From contig CBDCXR010000004.1 of assembly GCA_965223845.1 (NCBI GenBank), forward strand, positions 4,512,001 through 4,576,000: a DNA stretch of 64,000 nt, written 5' to 3'. Both the position numbers and the translations under genes were made by a program. The stretch is from Planctomycetota bacterium (GTDB lineage Bacteria > Planctomycetota > UBA8108 > SXIK01). Positions within the stretch are counted from its first letter, which is position 1. Each line of letters starts with the position of its first letter. Positions 43,879 through 53,959 of this stretch are shown here, piece by piece. Below the pieces are notes generated by a model. That model had not been told where the DNA came from and did not search any database. It saw nothing but the letters and a program-made list of their open reading frames with translations.

Positions 43879-45705
43879 ATGAAATCGGTATTTACAAGCC
43901 TCATTGCCATTTCGATCCTGATCGTAGGCGCTAGCGCCAGCGTGGCACAAGGAAGGTTCAAGACCGGCGAACCCGCTCAGATCCGCGGCGACACGGAGAG
44001 CACGAACGTCGGTTGGGAGGTGGAGGCCCTCCTCACGATCGGCGAGGTGTGGCAGTACGGGAAGGGGTTCCGGCCCGGTGAAAACGTCGTCGACGTGCTC
44101 GAGAACACCTTCGGCTACCGCCCGCCGGGAATCCTCGACGGGATGGCGGCGTTCCCGAGGGAGCGCTCGGTGCGGATTCTCGCGAACCATGAGCTCCGCG
44201 ACAGTCAGGGCTATCCGTATCGACTCGCCAACGGAACGGAGCTCACCGGCGCGCGCGTAAGCTACTTCGACATCGACAAGCGGTCGCGGTCGGTGTCGGG
44301 GATGGGACTCGCCTTCGACACGATTTTCGACCGAGCCGGGGACATGGTGACCGATCCTGAGCAACTCGGCGGAGGCATCCACCGTCTCTGCTCCTCCTAC
44401 GGGGTCGAGGCCGGTCGAGGGGGCTTCGAAGCGGACGTCTACTTTACCGGCGAAGAAACCGGCGGGGGAACGGAGTTCGTCCTCGACGTCGACGGCGAGA
44501 CCTTGTACGCCGCACCGATGCTCGGCGTCGCGGCGTGGGAGAATGTCTGCCCGGTCGAGAACTTCGCCTCGAACAAGGTCGTGATCATCATCGGAGACGA
44601 TCGCGGCGGCGCTCCGCTCCTTCTCTACGTCGGTGAGAAGGGAGTGTCCCCGTCCGCCGGCTATGCCCCGCCGGGCTTCCTCGTCGAGAACGGACTCGGA
44701 ATGGGTCGCCTGTTCACCTGGGTAGCGAACGATCCGGCGATGCGGTCGCCCGAAGACTTCAGCGGTACCGGCAACTCGCTCGGGGGCAAGTTCGTGCCGA
44801 TCGCGCACTTCGATCCGAGCCTCGCGGGAACGACTCTCAACGAAGAGCTCGGTCTCGCGTACGACGAGCTCGGATTCGTCAATCAGGCCCTTCAGGACGC
44901 ACTCTCATTCGGCGCAGAAGAGACCGACGAAGACGGAAACGTCGTCTACCGGCTCGAAGGCGCCGGCGCGTTCAAGTTCTCACGCCCCGAAGACGTCTCG
45001 GGCAATCCGGATGATTTCACTCAGATCATCCTCGCTTCGACGGGTCGGGGCAGCCTCTTCCCAGCGGACGATTGGGGAACGATGTACATCATCGACTTCG
45101 ACGACGATGCTCTCGAAGAGCTACTCGAGGAGAATCTCGCCGACATCGACTTCATCCCGGCACGCATCTCCATCCTCTACGACGGTGACGACGCCGGCGG
45201 CGGCCAGGTTCCAGGGCCAGACTTCGGACTGCGCAGCCCGGACAACCTCGACTGGGCCGACGACGGCTTCATCTACATCCAGGAAGATCGCTCGACGGGA
45301 CTCTTCGGCGTCGGCGGCACGGAGCGAGACGGCGATGTCGTCGTCGGAAGCGGAGTCGAAGCGTCGGTGTGGCGACTCGATCCGAGCTCGGGCGAGCTTC
45401 TCCGCATCCTCGAGATGGATCGGACGGCGGTTCCGATCGGTCAGGCAGATCCCGTTCCGTTTGACATCGGAAACTGGGAATCGTCGGGCATTCTCGACGT
45501 CACCGAGCTGTTCCCCACTCACCGCGGCGAGACGCTGCTGATTCTGAACACGCAAGCCCACAGCCTCCAGGGAGGCGGTCTCGCGATCGCGGCGAATCAG
45601 AGCAGCGATCTTGTCCAAGGCGGACAGCTCGTCCTCGCCTCCAAGCGAGACGGCAGCGGCGGTCGAAACGACGTAGATGACGAGGAAGGAGACGAAAACG
45701 ACTGA
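43879..45705 (+). CDS. phoX: Alkaline phosphatase PhoX (DUF839) family protein
   Basis: ILANHE, RLCSS, FTGEE, AWEN, FSRPED, SPDNL, IQED, WESSGILD, TQAH motifs; signal peptide. Confidence 0.8.
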   Translation: MKSVFTSLIAISILIVGASASVAQGRFKTGEPAQIRGDTESTNVGWEVEALLTIGEVWQYGKGFRPGENVVDVLENTFGYRPPGILDGMAAFPRERSVRILANHELRDSQGYPYRLANGTELTGARVSYFDIDKRSRSVSGMGLAFDTIFDRAGDMVTDPEQLGGGIHRLCSSYGVEAGRGGFEADVYFTGEETGGGTEFVLDVDGETLYAAPMLGVAAWENVCPVENFASNKVVIIIGDDRGGAPLLLYVGEKGVSPSAGYAPPGFLVENGLGMGRLFTWVANDPAMRSPEDFSGTGNSLGGKFVPIAHFDPSLAGTTLNEELGLAYDELGFVNQALQDALSFGAEETDEDGNVVYRLEGAGAFKFSRPEDVSGNPDDFTQIILASTGRGSLFPADDWGTMYIIDFDDDALEELLEENLADIDFIPARISILYDGDDAGGGQVPGPDFGLRSPDNLDWADDGFIYIQEDRSTGLFGVGGTERDGDVVVGSGVEASVWRLDPSSGELLRILEMDRTAVPIGQADPVPFDIGNWESSGILDVTELFPTHRGETLLILNTQAHSLQGGGLAIAANQSSDLVQGGQLVLASKRDGSGGRNDVDDEEGDEND

Positions 45706-45735
45706 TCTCTCGAACGAGGAGAATCGTCGGCCCGG

Positions 45736-45773
45736 CGAAGGGGATGACCGCGAGGTCGTCCCCTTCGTTTTTT
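45736..45773 (+). terminator. Rho-independent terminator
   Basis: CGAAGGGGATGACC-GCGA-GGTCGTCCCCTTCG stem-loop followed by TTTTTT. Confidence 0.9.
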
Positions 45774-45804
45774 CTAGCGGCGCGACGACCTCGTCGCGGT
45801 CGGC

Positions 45805-46041
45805 TTACTCGTCCAAGCCCTCGATCGCCTTCTTCAGCGCCTCGTACTCCTCACGGCACTCGGCACAGACCGCGAGATGCTGCTCGACCACCTTCAGTCC
45901 TTCCGGGACGGATCGTCCCGCCAGAGCTCGCTCGGCGAACTCCGCCACCAAGGCGAGACAGGCTTCACAGTTGATCTCATCTTCCGCGGTCAAGCCGACG
46001 AGCCGCAGCAGTCCTTCGATTTCTTCGCGCGAGAGGGGCAA
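45805..46041 (-). CDS. Small zinc-finger (zf-HC2/ZAS) soluble anti-sigma factor
   Basis: INCEAC ... HLAVCAECREE (HxxxCxxC); directly downstream of an ECF sigma; no TM. Confidence 0.8.
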   Translation of the reverse strand: MPLSREEIEGLLRLVGLTAEDEINCEACLALVAEFAERALAGRSVPEGLKVVEQHLAVCAECREEYEALKKAIEGLDE

Positions 46042-46051
46042 GTTCGAATCC

Positions 46052-46663
46052 TCAAGTGGTGAATGCCGCGTAGATGTCGGCCGCTCGATATCCGGCCGTT
46101 TCGAATCCGCGCTTCAGGCGCTTCCGCGCGTCGTGAGTCAGTTTGTAGATTGCGTTTCGATTGCTGCCGAGTTGTCGCGCGATCTCCTCTTGCGGCATTC
46201 CGCGGAGCTCGGCGAGCAGCGCCGTCCCTTGCTTCTCCGTGAGATCGTCGCGGATTAGCTCGTACAGCTTGGTCAAGATCGCTTCGCGGTCGGCGGAATC
46301 ATCCGCCGGAGAGTCGCCTGCCGCCGCTGGCGGCGCACGGAAGGCATCGCCGGATATCAACTCGTCGAGTGACACGTCCCGCCACTGCCGTCGACGGAGC
46401 TCGCTCAGTGCGACTCGAATCGCAATCGATGTCGCCCACGTCGAGAATCGGCTTCGACCCGCGAACTGCGAACGACGATCGAGGATGCGAAGGAGCGAAT
46501 CCTGGGCGACGTCTTCGAGAAAGGCGTCGTCCGCGCGGGCGTTGGTCGAGAGCGCACGCCGCAATCCCCGGAGCAGAATCTCGCGAAGCTCCGTGAGCGC
46601 TGCGTCACGTCGAGCGCCCTCGCCGGCGAGGTCCGACAGCCAAGATTCGTTGCTGCGCGTCAC
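46052..46663 (-). CDS. ECF RNA polymerase sigma-70 factor
   Basis: EDVAQDSLL, FAGRSRFSTWA, LTEKQ, EEIARQLGSNRNAIYKLTHDARKRLK. Confidence 0.9.
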   Translation of the reverse strand: MTRSNESWLSDLAGEGARRDAALTELREILLRGLRRALSTNARADDAFLEDVAQDSLLRILDRRSQFAGRSRFSTWATSIAIRVALSELRRRQWRDVSLDELISGDAFRAPPAAAGDSPADDSADREAILTKLYELIRDDLTEKQGTALLAELRGMPQEEIARQLGSNRNAIYKLTHDARKRLKRGFETAGYRAADIYAAFTT

Positions 46664-46841
46664 GCTGCCCTTCGACTCCGACCGAGTTCGGTGTTCGCAA
46701 ACACCCTCAAGCCACCGACACGCTCCGCCGATCGAGGCCCCAACGAGAACGCGCTCGGCTCGACCGCGGCGACCTCTTCGAGATCGCCGCGGTCAAGTCA
46801 GGTGCGGAGTGCTGGTCTCCCTCGAGCGCTCCAATGAACCG

Positions 46842-47387
46842 TCACGCCGCGACCAAATCGGGAGCGGCCGGAAAGTCGACTTCGGTCTCAGCGACCAAGT
46901 TGAAGTAGTTCGTGAAGCTGCTCAGCGCGACATGCGCGACGATCTCACTAATCTCGCCGTCACTGTAACCAGCGTCGCGAACGCTGTCGAGATCGCGGCC
47001 GTCGACCGCGCCGCGGCGCACGACCACTTGAAGGGCGAACTCGAGCGCCGCCCGCTCCTTCGGGTCGGTCGACTGCGATCGACGCGCGGCGAGCGCCTCC
47101 TCCTCCGAGAGACCGACGCCCTTTCCGAGCGTCGTGTGGGCAGCGACGCAGTAACCGCATCCGTTCGCCTCGGCGACGGCGAGGGCGATCTGCTCGCGCA
47201 GGCGCGGTGACAGCTCGCCTCCGCCGAGGGCCTGGCTGAACTTCAAGTATGCGTTCGCGACGGCAGCCGATTGGGCCATCGTCCCGAGAACATTGGGAAC
47301 TTTGCCCATCGAGCGCTCGATGGAGTCGAGCAGCCGAGCGGTCGTGGGATCTGCGGTGGATCGATCGACAGTTGGAATGCGGGGCAT
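46842..47387 (-). CDS. AhpD/carboxymuconolactone decarboxylase family peroxidase-related enzyme
   Basis: REQIALAVAEANGCGYCVAAH motif; AAGGAG RBS. Confidence 0.9.
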   Translation of the reverse strand: MPRIPTVDRSTADPTTARLLDSIERSMGKVPNVLGTMAQSAAVANAYLKFSQALGGGELSPRLREQIALAVAEANGCGYCVAAHTTLGKGVGLSEEEALAARRSQSTDPKERAALEFALQVVVRRGAVDGRDLDSVRDAGYSDGEISEIVAHVALSSFTNYFNLVAETEVDFPAAPDLVAA

Positions 47388-48012
47388 CGGATGGCTCCTT
47401 TCGAATTAGGAACGAACGAGAAAGATCTCTGCCCTTCGACGCCGGGCGCCCGCAGGGTCTTACCCCCGTTCTCGAGTGCAGCCGTGTCTCGGCGGTGCGA
47501 CGGGCGTCGAACTCGACACCTCCTAAAGGTTCGGAGTTAGCCCGGATCTCACCGGATTCCGTGGGCTCGGCGGCGAGCCGCCGGCAGCGCGGCCTCATTG
47601 GCCCACCGACTGACCGGAGGTGGACTTCTAGCCCGGTGAGGATCACGGCGACACGTCCGACGCTCGCTCGCGATGTTCGGTGACGCGGCAGATCCGGCGA
47701 GCAATCCTGGTTGAACGTGCCCCACGAACACGAGATCGCCGAGCCGTGATCGAGTTCGAGGTGGCGGCGCAAAGATCAGGCGAGTGAAGACGGAGATCAG
47801 TGCGTCGTGCCTCGAATGTTCGAGCCGATTCGCACTTCGGCCGGGCGGCAAGATTCATCGGGTAAGATCTCGCGGTGGTGTGCGTCAAAGCGGTGTTCGC
47901 CGGCCAGCGACTCGTCGCGGCCGTCCTCCACTCCTCCCGAGTCGAGACGGCCGAAGAGCTATCCGCAATCAACGGATCTCGTCTCACGAGATCGATTCTT
48001 GGAGACTCTGTC

Positions 48013-48543
48013 ATGAAGTCGTCCCTCTCTGCCGCTGTTCTCGCCGCCACCACGCTGCTCGCCGCCGGTTGTTCTTCCGAAGTCGGCTCGGCCGACGCTT
48101 CCGCAGGTGATGACCGTCCGATCGTCTCGCGTTCGGCGACGAGCCGAGCCTATCTTCACTCGCACAATCTCCCCTCACACGGCGTCGCGCTCGAGGGCTA
48201 CTGCCCGGTCGCGTACTTCGCGGTGAACAAGCCGGTCCGAGGTGTTCCCGAGCACGCTTCGAATCACAACGGCGTCACCTACTACTTCGTCTCGGCCGAC
48301 GCGAAGAAGGCATTCGACGCCGAACCGGAAAAATACCTTCCCGCCTACGGCGGCTGGTGCGCCTTCGGGATGGCGATCGGCGACAAGTTCCCCGTCGATC
48401 CACGGAACTTCAAGATCGTCGACGGCAGGCTCTTCGTTTTCCTCAAGAACGCGAATGTCGACGCCCTCGAGCTCTGGAACGACGGCGACGAGGGCGACTT
48501 CACGCGCAAGGCCGACGCGCACTGGACGAAGGTCCAAGGCTGA
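48013..48543 (+). CDS. YHS domain-containing lipoprotein (Cys form of the YHS (seleno)protein family)
   Basis: LLAAGC lipobox; GYCPVAYF, YYFVSADAKKAFDAEPEKYLPAYGGWCAFG; GGAG RBS. Confidence 0.85.
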   Translation: MKSSLSAAVLAATTLLAAGCSSEVGSADASAGDDRPIVSRSATSRAYLHSHNLPSHGVALEGYCPVAYFAVNKPVRGVPEHASNHNGVTYYFVSADAKKAFDAEPEKYLPAYGGWCAFGMAIGDKFPVDPRNFKIVDGRLFVFLKNANVDALELWNDGDEGDFTRKADAHWTKVQG

Positions 48544-48590
48544 TTCTTGAACGGCCCAGCGCGAGCCACTCGAAACCATCCGATTTCACG

Positions 48591-48631
48591 AATCCCTTCT
48601 GCGGTCGACGCCTTCGGCCGCGGAAGGGATT
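48591..48631 (+). terminator. Stem-loop, probable terminator
   Basis: AATCCCTTCTGCGGTCGA ... TCGGCCGCGGAAGGGATT inverted repeat (with G-U pairs) after the YHS stop. Confidence 0.6.
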
Positions 48632-48805
48632 TCGCGCATCTCGGTGCGCAGCCTCGCTGCTGAGAATCGAGTCGATCGATGGTCCAGCACGTCTCGTCAT
48701 ATCCACCCGTCTCTTCCGCGAGTAAGATGCGTATCTTCGCGCGTCGCGTCTCGGGTAGCGCGATTCACGCGAGCCAACCATTCGTTGCCTCGAAGGAGAC
48801 GAGCT

Positions 48806-49990
48806 ATGGAGAGGTCCGCACGACAGAGCTTGGCCCCGATCCTCACTCTCGCCCTTGTCGCTGCCGCACCGGTCGGGTTCGCGAATGACGAGCCGATTCT
48901 CTGCCGCGGAGACTATCATTCCGAAGAAGAAGCCGTGCGGCAGCTCGCGCGGATGGCTTCGACGTATTCGAACCTCGAGGAGTGGAACGACCGGGCGCAG
49001 CGCGTGCGGCGGCAGATCCTGAAGGGTGCAAAACTCGATCCGCTCCCGGAACGCACCCCACTTCGCCCGGTGATTCGCAATCCGCGAAACTACGAAGGAT
49101 ACAGCGTCGAGTCCGCGGCGTTCGAAGCGCGTCCCGGCTTCTTCGTCTACGGAACTCTCTACCGGCCGAGGGGCCGAACGGGACCGTTCGCCGGGATCCT
49201 GTGTCCCCACGGACATGCGCGCGGGCCGGCCGGCGGGCGCCTCCGGGCCGCTCAGCAGCTTCGCTGCGCGACCCTCGCGCGCATGGGTGCGGTCGTCTTC
49301 TCGTACGACATGATCGGCTTCGGCGACTCCGAACACCTCGGGTGGAAGCACAGCCACCCGCAAGCGCTCACGCTCCAGACCTGGAGCAGCATCCGCGCGG
49401 TCGATTTCCTCCTCTCACTCGACGAAGTCGACCCTGCGCGCATCGGAGTGACGGGCTGCTCGGGCGGCGGGACGCAGACCTTTCTCCTCACGGCGATCGA
49501 CGACCGCGTGAAAGTCGCCGCTCCTGTGGTCATGGTGTCGGCGCACTTCTTCGGCGGCTGCCACTGCGAAAGCGGAATGCCGATCCACAAGACAAAGCAC
49601 CTCGAGACGAACAACGCCGAGATCGCCGCACTCGCGGCGCCACGTCCTCTCCTTCTCGTTTCGGTCGGAGGTGACTGGACGAAGAACACGCCGCTCGTCG
49701 AGTATCCGTACATCCGAAACGTCTACCGGCTCTACGGCAAGTCCGGGCACGCGGAAAACGCCCATTTCCCGAATCAAAAGCACGGCTACCAGTTCCTCAA
49801 ACGTCAGGCGATGTACCCGTTCATGGCGAAGCATCTCGGACTCGACACGAAGGGCATCCTCGATACCGGAACGGAGCTTTTCGACGAGAGCAAGACGGTT
49901 ATCGAGACACCGGAACAGATGCGAGTGTTCGATGCGTCGTCCCCACTTCCGAAGCACAGTCTGAAGCCGGGCGAAACCGTGGCGTTTTAG
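48806..49990 (+). CDS. Alpha/beta hydrolase (acetylxylan esterase-like)
   Basis: LCPHGH, YDMIGFGD, VDPARIGVTGCSGGGTQT nucleophile elbow, APRPLLL; signal peptide; AAGGAG RBS. Confidence 0.88.
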   Translation: MERSARQSLAPILTLALVAAAPVGFANDEPILCRGDYHSEEEAVRQLARMASTYSNLEEWNDRAQRVRRQILKGAKLDPLPERTPLRPVIRNPRNYEGYSVESAAFEARPGFFVYGTLYRPRGRTGPFAGILCPHGHARGPAGGRLRAAQQLRCATLARMGAVVFSYDMIGFGDSEHLGWKHSHPQALTLQTWSSIRAVDFLLSLDEVDPARIGVTGCSGGGTQTFLLTAIDDRVKVAAPVVMVSAHFFGGCHCESGMPIHKTKHLETNNAEIAALAAPRPLLLVSVGGDWTKNTPLVEYPYIRNVYRLYGKSGHAENAHFPNQKHGYQFLKRQAMYPFMAKHLGLDTKGILDTGTELFDESKTVIETPEQMRVFDASSPLPKHSLKPGETVAF

Positions 49991-50026
49991 TCTCAGCTTC
50001 TCGTTCGTTGACCGATTGAGGACACA

Positions 50027-51310
50027 ATGACATCGCGACGATCCTTCCTCACGCGGGTCTCCGCTCTCGCCGGTGCCGCGATAGTCGGGCCGGGTCGGAT
50101 CCCCCGAGCGGCCGCCGCATCGCTGCCAACACGAAAGAAGATCGCGTTTCTCGGCACTGAGGTGCGAACGCACTCACATGCGCAACACTTCCTCGACCGG
50201 TTAACTCTCGGCTACGGATGGCGCGGGGCATGGCAGAACCCTCGAGTCGATGTCGCCTCGGTTTACATCGATCAGTTTCCCGACGGCGATCTCGGGCGCG
50301 GGCGGGTCGCTCGGCACGGTCTCAAGCTCTTCCCGAGCATCGCCGAAGCCCTCACGCTCGGAACGAGCAAGCTCGCCGTCGACGGCGTCGTCATCATCGC
50401 CGAACACGGGAACTATCCGAGCAACGAGAAAGGCCAGAGGCTGTATCCGCGGTACGAGTGGTTCAAGGAGTGCGTCGAGGTCTTCGAAGCGAGCGGACGG
50501 TCCGTCCCGGTCTTCAATGACAAACACCTCTCGACGACTTGGGAGCGCTGCGCGGAGATGGTCGCGGACGCGAAGCGACTCGAGTTTCCGTTTTTCGCCG
50601 GCTCGTCGCTCCCGGTAACGCGGAGGCTCCCCGCGATCGACATGCCCCACGGAGCGCCGCTCACGGAGAGCGTCTGCGTTGCGTACGGCGGCGTCGACAG
50701 CTACGACATCCACGCGCTCGAGACCGCGCAGTGCATGTCCGAGCGAAGAAAAGGCGGCGAGGTGGGAATCTCACGCGTTCATGCGCTCCGCGGTGAAGCG
50801 GTGTGGACGAAGCTCGCCGGTGCCGACCGAGAGACGACGCGCCGACTCGTCGTATCGGCACTCACGCGGAGTCACAATTTGCCGGTCGAGGGCGGCTACT
50901 ACACCGGTCGCATCACGTTCGACTGGGCTCGCAAGGTATTTCGGAATCCCGTCGCGTACTTCATAGATCATCGCGACGGATTTCGCACGACGATGCTCCT
51001 CATCGAGATCCGCGACTTCAACTACGCCGGCATGCGCGCCGACACGGGGGAAGTCGTTTCGTGCCAGATGTATCTCCCGATGCCCGGTCACGGCTCCTCC
51101 ACGGCCGATTTCTTCCATCCGCTCACGCGTCACATCGAGGACGCCGTCATCACGGGCAAAGTCCCCTACCCGGCCGAGCGCACTTTGCTCACGTCCGGTA
51201 TGACGCTCGCGGGGGTCGAGTCGCTCCACCGCGGCCAGGTACCGGTCGATACTCCGGAGATGGCGGTTCGATACTCCGTCGGACCGGAGTCGACGTTTTG
51301 GCGAGACTGA
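50027..51310 (+). CDS. Tat-exported conserved planctomycete protein (Gfo/Idh/MocA-like fold)
   Basis: SRRSFL twin-arginine signal; AVDGVVIIAEHGNYP, PVFNDKHLS, AGSSLP, YDIHALE. Confidence 0.75.
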   Translation: MTSRRSFLTRVSALAGAAIVGPGRIPRAAAASLPTRKKIAFLGTEVRTHSHAQHFLDRLTLGYGWRGAWQNPRVDVASVYIDQFPDGDLGRGRVARHGLKLFPSIAEALTLGTSKLAVDGVVIIAEHGNYPSNEKGQRLYPRYEWFKECVEVFEASGRSVPVFNDKHLSTTWERCAEMVADAKRLEFPFFAGSSLPVTRRLPAIDMPHGAPLTESVCVAYGGVDSYDIHALETAQCMSERRKGGEVGISRVHALRGEAVWTKLAGADRETTRRLVVSALTRSHNLPVEGGYYTGRITFDWARKVFRNPVAYFIDHRDGFRTTMLLIEIRDFNYAGMRADTGEVVSCQMYLPMPGHGSSTADFFHPLTRHIEDAVITGKVPYPAERTLLTSGMTLAGVESLHRGQVPVDTPEMAVRYSVGPESTFWRD

Positions 51311-51320
51311 GATCCGAGTC

Positions 51321-52976
51321 TTGGACGAAGATCGCCGATCGCGCGCCATCCGCCGCAATATCGATCTTGCCCGGCGCTACGTCCAAGCGGGAAGCGGACC
51401 CGAGACCATCGGGGTCGTAGCGGGATCCGAAGCCGCTCAGAGCTACTGGGAGGCGCGGCTCGCGGCGCGGGGGTTCGGCGCGAGACAGGCACTCTCCTTT
51501 CACGAAGATCGTCCCGTCAACCAGGCCTTCGGCGTCCTGCTTCTCTGGCGTCGACTGCGCGAGCGGCTCTCGCGCGCTGAGGGTGCACTGGTCGCGTTCG
51601 TGTTCGGCGATGGCACTCGCGCGAGTCCGTGGACGGAGACCGAGCTCGGCCAGAAGGCGGCGATCGCGACCTTCGTGGCGGATCGGACGCTCGCGGCACC
51701 GCGGTACCTCTCCGTCGTCGAGCTCGCGCTCCGCCACTTCGCTCCCATCGAACGCTACCTTCACCGCTCGGGTTTCGACGGACTCGTCGTCAAATGGGGA
51801 GACGAGATTCAGATTCCGACGCTCGACCTCTCCGGGTCGGATCCGCGTCTGCGCGACGCGGACGTCGTTCGCTTCGTCTCCGAACGAGCGATGACAAGCG
51901 ACGAGGCCGAGCACAAGGATTGGATGGGAATCGGTCCGGATCGCGCCGTCACTGAGTTCATTCCTCGACGACCGCTGAAGCGGATGGCCGAGCTCGCCGA
52001 TCGTCGCGTGATCCGGCGACGCGGGGGCGAGCTTTGGGGAGGAGTCAATCTCGGCTCGATCGCGATCTCGCGCCGGTTCCTCGATGCCTTGGTCGCTGAA
52101 TTCGACGCGGAGCTCGACGATCGCTTCGCGGCCCGCGCCGTGCGCCCAGATCTCGATCCGCAGTTCTTTACCGCCCTCACGATCGCGCGGATCGGCGACG
52201 CTCGAGAGCGCGATCGAGCGTGGAATCGCGCTCGCGAGGAAAGCGCGGCGGTCGCGCGGCTCCATCGAGATTCGCCGGATTTATTCTCGCGCGTTCGACG
52301 AGTGGTCGAGCGGTTCGAAGCCGAGATCGCTCGGCCGCTCCAGATCGCCGCCGTCGATCTCGGCGAACCGTACTGGGGTGACGTCGGTCAGCACTCGAAA
52401 ATCCGAGAGTTCTTCATGACGCTTCGCGAGCGGTCGACAGCGGGGACGATCGCGCGCGCCCTCGCAGGGATCTCGAACGAACGCGACGAATGGGGAAACG
52501 TGATCGCCGGCAGCTCTACGATCAGTCCGGACATCTCCGTTCGCGACTCCGTCCTTCTCGATGTGCAGCTCCTCGGGAGCGGAAAGATCGAGAATTCGGT
52601 ACTCATCGGAACGAAAGCAGGAGATGTCGCGTCGAGCGAAGCGTTCGATGTCCTGAGCATCGCAGCCTCCCTCACTCTCTCGAGAGGCAGTGGGACGTAC
52701 CGAGTCCTCGCCGAGGACGACTGCCGCCTTGCAGCGGGAGAACGGTGGACGACGTTGGTCACCGACGAAAGGCTGACTCAACTCCGCGTCGACGAATCGA
52801 CGGATCTCGGATGGGACGCGGCTGACTATCGGCGCCCCGTGCTATCGAACTCGATGTCGTTCCGAGACGCTCACCGGACGGCGGGGAAGCAGGATCCGAA
52901 GGTGGTGAGGACGCGTCGCCAGGCGATCGAGCGCGACGTCTGGCGGCGGATTCGCCGGCGCGGCGGATTCGCGTAG
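51321..52976 (+). CDS. Hypothetical sugar-nucleotidyltransferase-like protein
   Basis: VFGDGTRASPWTETELGQK resembles the GxGTR..P.T...K motif; WGDVG; C-terminal IxxSVL beta-helix-like segments. Confidence 0.5.
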   Translation: MDEDRRSRAIRRNIDLARRYVQAGSGPETIGVVAGSEAAQSYWEARLAARGFGARQALSFHEDRPVNQAFGVLLLWRRLRERLSRAEGALVAFVFGDGTRASPWTETELGQKAAIATFVADRTLAAPRYLSVVELALRHFAPIERYLHRSGFDGLVVKWGDEIQIPTLDLSGSDPRLRDADVVRFVSERAMTSDEAEHKDWMGIGPDRAVTEFIPRRPLKRMAELADRRVIRRRGGELWGGVNLGSIAISRRFLDALVAEFDAELDDRFAARAVRPDLDPQFFTALTIARIGDARERDRAWNRAREESAAVARLHRDSPDLFSRVRRVVERFEAEIARPLQIAAVDLGEPYWGDVGQHSKIREFFMTLRERSTAGTIARALAGISNERDEWGNVIAGSSTISPDISVRDSVLLDVQLLGSGKIENSVLIGTKAGDVASSEAFDVLSIAASLTLSRGSGTYRVLAEDDCRLAAGERWTTLVTDERLTQLRVDESTDLGWDAADYRRPVLSNSMSFRDAHRTAGKQDPKVVRTRRQAIERDVWRRIRRRGGFA

Positions 52977-53287
52977 ATCGTCACACCTCGACACGAGCGC
53001 TCGGAGAGCGTGTAGCCAACGTCCGGAAACACGCCGGGGAGCGATCGGGCCGACTCTCTCCGGTTCCAGAAAACGCACCGGGTTGGCGTCGCTCCTCGTC
53101 GCACGGAATACTTCTTCGTCGATGTTCCCGTCGCGTCGGACTCAGGATCGGGGCTTAAGCGTAGCAGCTACGCGACGCCCATCGATCGCTCGCCGCGAGC
53201 TCGTCCCGAGCTGGATCGTTTCCTTTGGGAAAGAAGCGGGTCGTCGACAGAGCCGACCGAACCGACTTCCCAACGATCGCTCGACCC

Positions 53288-53959
53288 ATGATCGATCTCG
53301 CTCTGAATGCCGAATCGCCGCGACCGACTCGCACTTGGGTAGTCGTTAGCGCATGGGCTGCTCTAACCGCGGCCGTCTTCGCGGTCGCCATCGACTACGA
53401 GCACTCGCCCGGCGTGAGTGCGGCAGCTCCTCCAGTGTGGCCAGAGAGCTCCAAGCTCCCGCCGCCCGATGAACGCCCCTCCCTTGTCATGGTCGTCCAC
53501 CCGCATTGCCCTTGCTCGCGGGCCTCGATCTCCGAGCTCGCGATCATCGTCGCGCGCTGCCGAGATCGCCTGGAGCCTCACGTCCTTTTTCTCAAACCGG
53601 ATGGCGTCGAGAAGGGCTGGGAGAAAACCGACCTCTGGGAGTTCGCGGCGACGATTCCAGGCGTCACGGTCCACATCGATCTCGGCGGCCAAGAATCCCG
53701 GCGATTTGGCGCCGAAACGTCCGGTCAAGTCTTCGTCTACAGCGCCGAAGGCGAACTCGAGTTTGCGGGGGGGATCACCAAGTCCCGAGGCCACGAGGGG
53801 GGAAATCGCGGCCGAGACAAGGTGATCCAAGCGGTTCTTAGTCCCCATGGTGGTCCCGCGGCGACGCCGGTCTTCGGCTGCGAGCTCGGCACCGATGGCA
53901 CTTTCGCAACTCAGGTGAACAGCGCGACACCGTTCGCGTCGAAGCATGAACGAAGCTGA
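53288..53959 (+). CDS. RedB-like membrane-anchored thioredoxin-fold protein
   Basis: N-terminal TM; HPHCPCSRAS, FGAETSG, GGITxSRGHEG, PVFGC; overlaps the kinase start. Confidence 0.75.
   Translation: MIDLALNAESPRPTRTWVVVSAWAALTAAVFAVAIDYEHSPGVSAAAPPVWPESSKLPPPDERPSLVMVVHPHCPCSRASISELAIIVARCRDRLEPHVLFLKPDGVEKGWEKTDLWEFAATIPGVTVHIDLGGQESRRFGAETSGQVFVYSAEGELEFAGGITKSRGHEGGNRGRDKVIQAVLSPHGGPAATPVFGCELGTDGTFATQVNSATPFASKHERS

Noticed and set aside
48013-48543. Selenoprotein recoding in the YHS gene
   Set aside because: The motif position is TGC (Cys) and there is no in-frame TGA before the normal end.
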